This document shows positions 45,710 through 57,167 of a stretch of 64,000 nucleotides of DNA, in pieces. Where the stretch lies: the NCBI GenBank assembly GCA_002269645.1, contig NIVC01003228.1:1-64000 (forward strand), written 5' to 3'. Below the pieces are notes generated by a model. It saw only the letters and a list, made by a program, of their open reading frames with translations. It made no database searches and was not told the origin of the DNA. This DNA is from Macrostomum lignano. Its lineage: Eukaryota. A program made the translations under genes and the position numbers. Position 1 is the stretch's first letter. Each line of letters begins with the position of its first letter.

Positions 45710-46927
45710 TACCTTTTCAAGCTCGACTTTGGCAAAAGTGACTTCAATTTTGGCAGCCCATAGAAAAAGCATACGCCTGCCAGCAACATGTCTATGGTCA
45801 ACTGTGGTAGAATCGGTTAAAGCGTGCATTCAACTTTGGCAAAAGTGAGCGAATTTTGGCAACACAATAAACTGAACGGAAAACGGTAACAAACGAACTA
45901 GGAAACAAGATTTAAGCACAAAGCACGATACTGTCGTTGTTACTGTTGAAGTCATTGAATAACATCACTGATCAATGTCATTGTAGGTGAGGCAGCGGGG
46001 TCCGTAGCTCAGCACGTGTTCGTGCCACTGCCGACATTTTTCGGCGGTGATGGAACTGGACGCTGCCTCAACTTGAGCCGTCAGAATGCGCAGTCGACGA
46101 TGCTGCAGCGTCTCACCAGCCTGCGCTGCAGCATGCCTGTCGTGAAGCTCCTGCACGATGCGGGGTTCAGTCAGGCGCCTCTTGAGATCTGCCTTCAAAC
46201 AGGAGATCGCCATCTCCGCAGCGTTCAGAAATGGCTGTCAGACATCATGACGGCACGTTCACCGGCACCTGCCCATCCCTTTGTCCTTGCCGTCCACAAA
46301 TTACAGCCAAACTCGTCCACGTAGATGAGATTGTGTGCTAAGATGCCGGCTTCCATAAACCACTGCATGTGGTCGAAGCGCGCCACCTTGGTGATATCCG
46401 AATTCCAGTGCTCATGCACTCGCCGAACGTCCTTCAGCGTGATGTACAGAGTACAGTCCAGGCGACGGCTGATTGCCTGCACCGACACGCCAGGTGCGCC
46501 TGGAAGTTCGGCTTCCATATTCTCCTTCATCTCCATCAACGAGTCACAGCATTTAACATTGGTGGTGTAAATTTTGGCCTCACGGCTCCTCCTCGTTGCT
46601 TCAGCGCAACGCGATCTTCAGTGACAAACCTGTGGATAATTGTGTCGGCCGTGGTTCTCTTTATGTCGAGGTCCTTCGCCAGTCGTCTCCAGTCTCTTCC
46701 TTCTTGGTAGCTGCGCACCAGCCGTTCTCGATCCCGCAGCGATATACGCGCGTTCGGCATCTTGTTCGGTTGAGTTGCCAAAATTCGCTCACTTTTGCCA
46801 AAGTTGAATGCACGCTTTAACCGATTCTACCACAGTTGACCATAGACATGTTGCTGGCAGGCGTATGCTTTTTCTATGGGCTGCCAAAATTGAAGTCACT
46901 TTTGCCAAATTCGAGCTTGAAAATGTA
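45710..46927 (-). mobile_element. Internally deleted Tc1/IS630-like DNA transposon with ~154-bp TIRs
   Basis: TIRs at 45710-45863 and 46774-46927 (2 mismatches seen), TA on both sides. Frameshifted transposase from ATG 46760: HTH region, IYVDEFGCNLW (first D), then directly PFLNAAEMAISCLK (E); the second-D segment is missing. Confidence 0.9.
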
Positions 46928-47212
46928 TATTTATAGTAACTTATGCTATAAATAGCTAACAAACGATTAAATATATGCATGCGCGATTGCATTTACTATT
47001 GCACGCTCTATTATGCCATCATTAATCATTTGACAGTCAGTAGTGATGATCTCTGTCATCCACCATGCATCAATGCAGCCGGCCAACCAGACGTGCATAC
47101 AGTCAGCCAGTCAGGCAGTCAGTCAGTCAGTCAGTCAGCATATATACATACAAAATAAAATATGCATTGTCAGCTACTACTGAAAGAAGTATTAAACCAT
47201 AACCATTAATCT

Positions 47213-47214
<2 letters not shown>

Positions 47215-47283
<69 letters not shown>
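47215..47283. repeat. (CCTG)n microsatellite
   Basis: Direct inspection. Confidence 0.95.
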
Positions 47284-48236
47284 ACTGAACTACAATAATT
47301 CATTCATTCTCTCTCTACCCTCCCCCCACACTAACCCTAACCCTAACCCTAACACATAAAACAAACAAATTTTATTCTGGGAGACGCGCTGCGACAATTG
47401 TTTGTTGTCTATGGTAATCACTCGCCAGTCTATTCATCTGAATATCGACATCTCAATAGCTGAACATGGCTGTTTGCAGTGGCGAGCATGGTCGGTGCAT
47501 ACGGCTGGTTGCAGTGGTGAGCATGGTCGGTGTACACGAGTGCACATGGAATAGATCGATGTGAGAATAGATACAATAGACAAGAGAAACTCAGACACTT
47601 GAGCGAGTATAAATGAATGAACTACTGGGTGATATCCAAATTCACATCCAAAAGAGGAACTTTATTAAAATTTCACCCTAATAGTAAGTGCTGTGGCATG
47701 TCTTGGCAGGAGGCTGTTAAAATTGGAAAATTGATTGATATAAACCAACTGACAGCTGTATATTAATTAGTAAGTCGAGAAAGATCACAATGTTTTATAT
47801 GTTGCTTCTGCCATTTTTAAATCGTTTGTACATATATATTTTTTATTTATGCGATTATATTTTTGCTCATGGTTTGTACATATATTTGGATCCTTATTTG
47901 ATTGGCTGACTTTGTTTCAAAGCGGTCAATTCATTGGGTTGTTAAATAATCGAATGTGTAAAGTGCATGCCGTTACATACGTTATAAAATTTGTTTGTAT
48001 AAATATTTAAGTGGTTTATTGACCAAGATTCCGTTGCTGGTTATTGACGCCAAAACTGTGTCCAAGTCATGTACATACAATTTTCAGATGGGTCAAGATT
48101 TTAGTCATGGCCGGTTGCTGTCAAACTTGTCATCATAGATGTCAAAGGAGTGTGATTATAATTGTCAATGTTGCTTTGCTAGTGACTGTAATCAAAACTG
48201 CTAACCAGTCACTGTGGTCACATCACCCGTCAATCG

Positions 48237-49005
48237 GGGTCACATCACCAGTCAATGTGGTCATATCGCCAGTCCCCGCGGTCACATCACAAGTCAATGT
48301 GGTCACATCACTAGTCAATAATGTCACATCACCAGTTAACACGGTCACATCACCAGTCACCGCGGTCACATCACCAGTCAACATGGTCACATCACCAGTC
48401 ATCGCGGTCACATCACCAGTCATCGCGGTCACATCATCAGTCAACGCGGTCACATCACCAGTAATCGCGGTCACATCACCAGTCAACATGGTCACATCAC
48501 CAGTCATCGCGGTCAAATCACCAGTCAACACGGTCACATAACCAGTCACTGCGGTCACATCACCAGTCACTGCGGTCACATCACCAGTCAACAGGATCAC
48601 ATCACCAGTCATCGCGGTCACATCATCAGTCAACGCGGTCAAATTACCAGTAATCGCGGTCACATCACCAGTCAACATGGTCACATCACCAGTCACCGCG
48701 GTCACATCACCAGTCAACATGATCACATCACCAGTCATCGCGGTCACATCACCAGTCAACGCGGTCACATCACCAGTCATCGCAGTCACATCACCAGTCA
48801 ACATGGTCACATCACCAGTCATCGCGGTCACATCACCAGATAACAATGTCACATCACCAGTCACCGCGGTCACATCACCAGTCAAAATGGTCACATCACC
48901 AGTCATCGCGGTCACATCACCAATCAACGCGGTCACATCACCAGTCATCGCGGTCACATCACTAGTCAACGCGGTCACATCACCAGTCAACACGGTCACA
49001 TCACC
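48237..49005. repeat. 21-bp satellite, array 1
   Basis: GGTCACATCACCAGTCAnnnn in tandem; 86-bp direct repeats at 48120-48205 and 49075-49160. Confidence 0.95.
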
Positions 49006-50019
49006 ATTCACTCTCACTCTCACTCAAGCACAATAATTGGGCTGTAATAGATCAACAAATTAATAGTCTGAACTGTCAAACTTGTCCTCATAAATGCCAA
49101 AGGTGTGTGATTATAATTGCCAATGTTGCTTTGCTAGTGACTGTAATCAAAACTGCTAACATTGTGTATGTATATATGTATGTATGTATGTATGTATGTG
49201 TGTGTGCGTCTGCTTGTCAAAGTTGTGCTCAATTGAGTCAAATCTGAGTACATGATTTATATTCGATATAACAGAAAAAAGTAAAATATTTTTTTAAAAG
49301 GTAAAAAAGTAAAAAAAGTAAAAGTAAAAACTATCAGCATAAGACAGACAGTATTGACTGTGTGTTAATTAATCCAAGTCTGTTATTTCCGATTGATAGC
49401 CGCAGTTGAACAAACCCCAATTGTATAGCCTCTCCCCTCCCACACCACTCTCCCGATGCTTTCCTCTCCTCTCCATGCCATGGGCCGCTGCAAGTCAAAA
49501 TCACACCCGCCTATTTGTTTCTTCTATTCGTTTGTGACTGCGATTAAGAAAGTACAAGTTAAACTGTCTGGGTTATAATATAGCATGCTGTTTGTACACA
49601 CTCTAAACTCCCTTCTGGCTGAATACTCATTCTACTGCACCTTTTTTGCCATAGACTAAAAATTTGAAGTCTCCCTATCGATTTATCACTCTCGATACGT
49701 TGTTGCAGCCATAGACGTAGATTGAGGCCGACCTGTCCATCTCGATGTTTTAAACCCTGACCATTTCGCTCTTGCTCAGTTGTAAGCAGAGCGGCGTCTT
49801 GCGCCCGGCTCTCTCGCTTGCTCTCTCTAGTATAGATAAGCATAGCTACTACGTTCACCTTTCGCGTATCTATCAAGTAAGTTGCAACTGTGCTTTTTTA
49901 AATATGTTTTATTATATCACGAGTGGAGCTACTCCTTTGAAGGTAAAATAGTACGAACTCTCATCCTGGAAATTCTGAAGCGGAAGAACTCCCATTCACT
50001 TTTATAATTATGTCAAAAT

Positions 50020-51085
50020 TGCACTTTCACTATATGTAACAGGTCCCTTACATGCTGCATGTTTAGGTGGAGCAGCCTCTCGGGTATGATATAACACTTT
50101 AATTATTATTATTTCACATTTGCACTATCACTATATATAACAGGTCCCTTACATGCTGCATGTTTAGGTGGAGCAGCCTCTCGGGTATGCTATAACACTT
50201 TAATTATTATTATTTCACATTTGCACTATCACTATATATAACAGGTCCCTTACATGCTGCATGTTTAGGTGGAGCAGCCTCTCGGGTATGCTATAACACT
50301 TTAATTATTATTATTTCACATTTGCACTATCACTATATATAACAGGTCCCTTACATGCTGCATGTTTAGGTGGAGCAGCCTCTCGGGTATGCTATAACAC
50401 TTTAATTATTATTATTTCACATTTGCACTTTCACTATATATAACAGGTCCCTTACATGCTGCATGTTTAGGTGGAGCAGCCTCTCGGGTATGCTATAACA
50501 CTTTAATTATTATTATTTCACATTTGCACTATCACTATATATAACAGGTCCCTTACATGCTGCATGTTTAGGTGGAGCAGCCTCTCGGGTATGCTATAAC
50601 ACTTTAATTATTATTATTTCACATTTGCACTATCACTATATATAACAGGTCCCTTACATGCTGCATGTTTAGGTGGAGCAGCCTCTCGGGTATGCTATAA
50701 CACTTTAATTATTATTATTTCACATTTGCACTATCACTATATATAACAGGTCCCTTACATGCTGCATGTTTAGGTGGAGCAGCCTCTCGGGTATGCTATA
50801 ACACTTTAATTATTATTATTTCACATTTGCACTATCACTATATATAACAGGTCCCTTACATGCTGCATGTTTAGGTGGAGCAGCCTCTCGGGTATGCTAT
50901 AACACTTTAATTATTATTATTTCACATTTGCACTTTCACTATATATAACAGGTCCCTTACATGCTGCATGTTTAGGTGGAGCAGCCTCTCGGGTATGCTA
51001 TAACACTTTAATTATTATTATTTCACATTTGCACTATCACTATATATAACAGGTCCCTTACATGCTGCATGTTTAGGTGGAGCAA
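50020..51085. repeat. 101-bp tandem repeat (~10 copies)
   Basis: AGGTCCCTTACATGCTGCATGTTTAGGTGGAGCAGCC... at a 101-bp period. Confidence 0.97.
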
Positions 51086-51859
51086 TATGCTATAGCACTT
51101 TAACTACAATTATCTAATGATCACAGTTTCGCTATACAACAGGTCTATTACATGATGCGAGTTCAGTTGAAGCAGCCTCTCTATTATAAACCCTTTTTAT
51201 TATAGCTAGCGTGTTAAAACAAGTCATGTTTTCTTATGTGTGGAAAGGCATGGAAACTGTATGCGCTACTATTCTGGATAAATTGGGAATCTACTTCAAC
51301 GCACTGCTGGCTAATAACTTCAAGCGTTTGAATCTTCATATCGCCAATTCACATAGACTTTCTATCAGTAGCTTTGCAAGTTTTAATAAATATACTGACG
51401 CTGCTGTTCTGACCACAGATTCTATATAACCTAGATTGGTCACTCCAAGAGAAGTTGTTCGCTCATCGAAAACCCAGTGTTTTTGCCACAGACGCGAGTT
51501 GAATACTGCCGCATTAACATATGTTTTTAGTAAACTATGTTATTTGCCTTTAACGCTAGGCGAGTCAATATTGAGAAATGACTTTTAATTGGAGAAAACG
51601 CGAGTAACAAATTTCTGAGCCGAATATTTATTGAATGCGCGGAACATTAAAACAAATAAAGATATTATTACTTCCATAAAGATATGGTGATTAAACAAGC
51701 AAGCATGACAGGCAAGCATGACAGATAAGCATGACAGATAAGCGTGACAGATAAGCGTGACTGATAAGCATGACAGATAAGCAAACACAGTATTTAAGAA
51801 AGCGTGCCAAATAAGTAAAATAATGAAGCACAGTGAGTACCCTAACCACATGCATCATG

Positions 51860-52633
51860 TCACAACTTCTTGAGCTTGCGGTTAGCAATAGCGCGATCTC
51901 TTTCCTTCCGCACAGTCTCCATCTTCTCTCGGCACCACTGATGCAATCGCATGTGCACAAAAAGCCTTGCCGCTTGTGCATTGCTTTCGGCTCGATGTTC
52001 GATACAAAATGGAAGCTGCACACCAACTCGCTCAAATCTGCCGAGGATTCTTGCCCAAATGGCATCAGCAGCTGCTGCTGTTGCCATTTCTCGACGAAAA
52101 ATCTTCTCCATCTTGCAGAATATCGCAACACATGCGCTCGACGGCTGAGTAAGGCCGTATCGAGAATCTTCAAAGTTTTTGTGGGTGAAGATTCGAGCAG
52201 GTGACTCGTCTGTTACCAACTCGACAGCATACGTATCTTCACGATGCAGAACTGGTGGATACATGTTGTCAGCAATGTGGTCTGGTCGCGGCTCGACTTC
52301 AACCGATTCCTTCTCCAAGCGTGGTGGAAAAGTGTAGGGATTTGGAAGGGCATCTTTTCTAAGTCGAGCTGAACGTCGTTCGTGTAGTGGGCAGGAGTAA
52401 TCGGTTTCTTTAAAATGCAGACTGCACACTTTCAGCCTCCGCTGCCGCACAAAATTTAAGTCAACATCGCGTAATTCAAGTATCTCTATCCAACGAACTG
52501 CTACCTGGTCATCGCTTGGAAATTTGTGTAGATGGACTGCAAATCCATGCACTGAAGCTGGAGTGTCCTCTGTAGTATAGCAGGCAGCTGCACAACAAGC
52601 GTGGCTACTAAGACGATTGATGATCAGCTCCAT
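51860..52633 (-). CDS. THAP-domain protein, 257 aa; likely an internally deleted P-element/THAP9-type transposase
   Basis: C..AC...HKFP....RW.....VCSLHF......LRKDALP is a THAP zinc finger. The C-terminus LTQPSSACVAIFCKMEKIF...FCIEH...LFVHMRLHQW...RKLKKL resembles the P-transposase C-terminal region. Imperfect 27-bp inverted repeats at 51467-51493 / 52743-52769. Confidence 0.8.
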   Translation of the reverse strand: MELIINRLSSHACCAAACYTTEDTPASVHGFAVHLHKFPSDDQVAVRWIEILELRDVDLNFVRQRRLKVCSLHFKETDYSCPLHERRSARLRKDALPNPYTFPPRLEKESVEVEPRPDHIADNMYPPVLHREDTYAVELVTDESPARIFTHKNFEDSRYGLTQPSSACVAIFCKMEKIFRREMATAAAADAIWARILGRFERVGVQLPFCIEHRAESNAQAARLFVHMRLHQWCREKMETVRKERDRAIANRKLKKL

Positions 52634-52996
52634 GGCTAACGTGCGAAGCAGCAGCTCACAGCCAGCGAGTTTTGAGCTCGCGATAGATTTATCAAATAAA
52701 TTATTAAATGCAGAGTGCTGCGCTGGCAGCAGACAACTGACTGTCTATGGGCAAAACGCTGGGTTTTCGCGGCAGACGGCTGGCGGACGCAGTTTCCATT
52801 GCAAATTCGATGAGTGACCAATCTAGGCAATATAGAATCTGTGGTTCTGACATTTGCAAACCCAACTGAATGGGTTGGTTAATTGATGGACTTTCGTGTT
52901 TCATTATTGTCATCCAAGGTGACCGTTTGAACTTTTGATATCCAATGAAGGAAAAACAGCTGGATTCATTTAGCACAACTGCTTTTGATCGGTGAT

Positions 52997-54170
52997 CGAG
53001 GTCAAATCACCAGTCTTAGGGGTCAAAACACCAGTAGAGGTCACATCACCAGTCGCCAAGGTCACATCACCAGTCTTAGGGGTCAAAACACCAGTAGAGG
53101 TCACATCACCAGTCACCAAGGTCACATCACCAGTCACCAAGGTCACATCACCAGTCACCAAGGTCACATCACCAGTCACCAAGGTCACATCACCAGTCAC
53201 CAAGGTCACATCACCAGTCACCAAGGTCACATCACCAGTCACCAAGGTCACATCACCAGTCACCAAGGTCACATCACCAGTCACCAAGGTCACATCACCA
53301 GTCACCAAGGTCACATCGCCAGTCACCAAGGTCACATCACCAGTCACCAAGGTCACATCACCAGTCACCAAGGTCACATCACCAGTCACCAAGGTCACAT
53401 CAACAGTCACCAAGGTCACATCAACAGTCACCAAGGTCACATCACCAGTCAACAGGGTCACATCACCAGTCACCAAGGTCACTTCACCAGTCAACAAGGT
53501 CACATCACCAGTCCCCAAGGTCAAAACACCAGTAGAGGTCATAACACCAGTGGAGGTCACATCACCAGTCACCAAGGTCACATCACCAGTCAACAGGGTC
53601 ACATCACCAGTCACCAAGGTCACTTCACCAGTCACCAAGGTCACATCACCAGTCACCAAGGTCACATCACCAGTCACCAAGGTCACATCACCAGTCACCA
53701 AGGTCACATCACCAGTCACCAAGGTCACATCACCAGTCACCAAGGTCACATCAACAGTCACCAAGGTCACATCAACAGTCACCAAGGTCACATCACCAGT
53801 CAACAGGGTCACTTCACCAGTCACCAAGGTCACTTCACCAGTCAACAAGGTCACATCACCAGTCCCCAAGGTCAAAACACCAGTAGAGGTCATAACACCA
53901 GTGGAGGTCACATCACCAGTCACCAAGGTCACATCACCAGTCAACAGGGTCACATCACCAGTCACCAAGGTCACTTCACCAGTCACCAAGGTCACATCAC
54001 CAGTCAATAGGGTCACATCACCAGTCACCGGGGTCACTTCACCAGTCAACAAGATCACATCACTAGTCAACAGGGTCACATCACCAGTCAACACGGTCAC
54101 ATCACCAGTCACCAAGGTCACATCACCAGTCACCAAGGTCACATCACCAGTCCCCAAGGTCAAAACACCA
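52997..54170. repeat. 21-bp satellite, array 2 (same family as 48237-49005)
   Basis: GGTCACATCACCAGTCACCAA in tandem with 18-bp variants. Confidence 0.95.
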
Positions 54171-55530
54171 ATAGAAGTACAGGGGAGAATCCATTGTGAA
54201 TGGAAAGGAAAAGACTGGGAATTGAATTAGGCGTTGAATTTGAAATTTTCAAATGGACATAGAATGAAGAAGAAAAATGCGAAAGCGCCAATTTTAATTA
54301 TATCAATAAACAGATGAATGAATCCAATGCGCATCAATCAATCAATCAATCAATCAAGTATAAATCAGCACAGCGCACTATATTCCAACATTAGTATAAA
54401 AGAAAGGAAAGAAAAGATCAATCACAATTTATCATAATCCAAGATTCCAGATTTTAAACGGATAATAAAGCACCGATACTCATAACTTATTCGAAACTAT
54501 CATAATATCATCCATCCAATTAAACGTAGAAACAATCAAACGAAGCGGAGACTGGGTGAAATGCGTGAACTGATCAAAACTCGCAAGCAAGAGAATAGCT
54601 AACTTAACTAACCATAGATTGAAGAATTGGCTGGATGGCTGATTGATTTGCATTCTGCCTTCGATTGATGCTCGCGCGCGCGCGTTTTAATCACTTAGTA
54701 GGCTACCCCCACGCTTTCTATTTCGATACCAGCGAGCTAAATATAAATGGGGGATGACCCTAGACAGTATACAAGTGACCTTGTCATCGGCCAATACAGA
54801 GCAGCGAAAACCAACCCCCATAATACAAGCCAATAGAGGCGCAAATTTGATGCTAAAATTGGCGAGCATCGTAAATCCTAGGGTCTCAGCTTTTTGTTTT
54901 AGGACACTTCCTCGCACCGACCATACTAAAATTGAGGTGTTAGCACGAATTCAAATTAATAAGTAAGTCTGTAGAATGCGCGACGTCAGACTTGAATGAC
55001 GAAGCTCAAAATTGTTTCTTAGACTTGCCTGTTTGATTTTCTATCAATTGCTCTATAGCTCGTACTAGTAATAACTGACACGTCATTTCTGTGCACAGAT
55101 GATTTCTGTATTTGGTTACCCAAAGCCAGTACACACACCATAGAAACACGATAAAATAGTTGGCTCAGTCACGAATGACTGAGTCATAGCACACTTATGA
55201 TGTCGATTGTTTAAAGTTTCCTGCAACCAAACTTTGCTTAAGTAGTGAATTTCTAAAACAAAAACTACGACAAAGTTGCTTTCCAGAGCGAATTATTTCT
55301 GGTTTCGTTTAATTCTTCAAGTTTCAGCCATTAGGCCCTGCGAATAAACTGAGCAAATGCTCCAACTGTTCTATGAGTTCTATCATTAGTTGTTTCCATT
55401 CTAGAATATTCTCGCTCATTACAGTATTGTCTACGACGAAAGTTGTCTTTCTTACGACGAATGTCGACGAATGTTAATACTCGACGAATGTTAATGTTAA
55501 TAGTCGACGAATGTTAATACTTACTTACTA

Positions 55531-55754
55531 CACCTTTTCACGTTCGATTTTGAACAAAGTCCAGTTCTAAAAAAACTAGCAGAAACTCAATTCAGACAAT
55601 TCAGACTGGGGAAAATTTTGTCTATGGCTAAAACTTGCTTCGGTTGCATAATGTTTTGAACTGGGGTTTGTTGCCCCAGTCGGAATTGTCTGAATTGAAT
55701 TTCCGCTAGTTTTTTTAGAACTGGACTTTGTTCAAAATTGAACGTGAAAAAGTG
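55531..55754. mobile_element. 224-bp MITE with 81-bp TIRs and TA TSD, related to the Tc1-like element at 45710
   Basis: Arms at 55531-55611 and 55674-55754 (5 mismatches); terminus CACCTTTTCACGTTCGATTTTG resembles TACCTTTTCAAGCTCGACTTTG. Confidence 0.88.
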
Positions 55755-56689
55755 TAATAAACGTTATCTCTCTTATAAACCATAGATTTTATGCCTTCCG
55801 GTAGTATATTCAGAGATGCGGGATGTTATGGGACACGATAATCTAGGTGTTTTCAGGGATTAAATTTGTTTGTTTATATCTTCGTTGTCAGTTGGTTGTG
55901 CCCATAGTCACTAAACATTCAATATGATAAAACTTGAACGGTAACAATATGTAACTGGTAAGCAGTTATCGTCAGAACAAAAGTAGAATAATACGACTAC
56001 GTATCGCGCCATTAGAGCTGGGTTTTGAGGCAGATTTGACGCAAAAAACGCAAATTATACTACTATCTGAAAATGAAGTAAGTAGTATACGAAAACGCTA
56101 TCCTAAGCGTGATATATGGCAATATGTAGTCGTAATAATCCATGTGCTCATATATGTACATTAATTCCATGTACAATAATCCCTATCTATCTCAAAATGG
56201 ATATGTACATTAATCCCATGTACATTAATCCCTATCTATCTCAATTGTCCATGTCTATCCCCAATTCTATATGTACGCAGTATGTGCATTAATCTACATG
56301 TACAGTGTCATCCCCAGACGGCCCGCGCACGCGCACACCAGAATTACAACTCGAAACCCTACTACATGTACAGTTGTACAATCTCATCTACTGCCAAATG
56401 AGCCAACTAATTGTGTAGCTCACAACGTAAACGTATATTTCCAATGTACATTCTCAGACAGATTTGAATAATACTGGTCGGAGTCTATATGTACATCGAT
56501 AGCCTCTATACTCATATCCGCTACATACCCTCGGAGACTGTAGGTTTGAATATGCTGATAATTTATTCAAAATCACTTATAAAATACACATACTTTCATA
56601 TGGAGGCGGGCCTGTACAAACTCTCGCCAAGCGACGGGGTGGAGGTTGCGTCATCCAAGCCTCTCCCCAAGTCAGACCCCAAATACAAG

Positions 56690-56860
56690 ACTGTGTTGAA
56701 GCAGTGCTTTATATTTCTATATTGACAGTGCGGATGATACAAGAATTTCGGCTTGTAAGCTCGGAATTTTCTTATCGCATTTTCAAGTTTATCGCACTGC
56801 CCCCAGCTGCTGCAGGGCGGTGCAGCTCGATAAATAAAAAAGCACTTTCTCAATGCCAAG
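56690..56860 (-). pseudogene. Possible decayed non-LTR retrotransposon RT C-terminal fragment
   Basis: YRAAPPCSSWGQCDKLENAIRKFR loosely resembles YAAPVW....DKLERVQRR; weak. Confidence 0.25.
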
Positions 56861-57167
56861 CTCTTTCCCAAGATTAGGACTTCAACGACAGTACAAAAGG
56901 TGGTCTTTTGTACGATCCGACATGTGTATTTTATACTTTACAAAGGTGAAGGGTGACTCATTGTGCCAGTGAGTGGGAAAGCAGTTATTATAGCAATCAT
57001 AAAAACGGACAAGCAAAAGCACTCCCTCCGACTTGAAAGTAATTTTTTGATTTCTTTACTTTTCCCGATGTTTCCCGATGTTTCCCGATGTTTCCAGAGT
57101 CACAGATGAATTATCAATGTCGAATTGCAAGCTCGTCAAGGCAGGCAGCTGGTTGCTGAGGCCTCCG

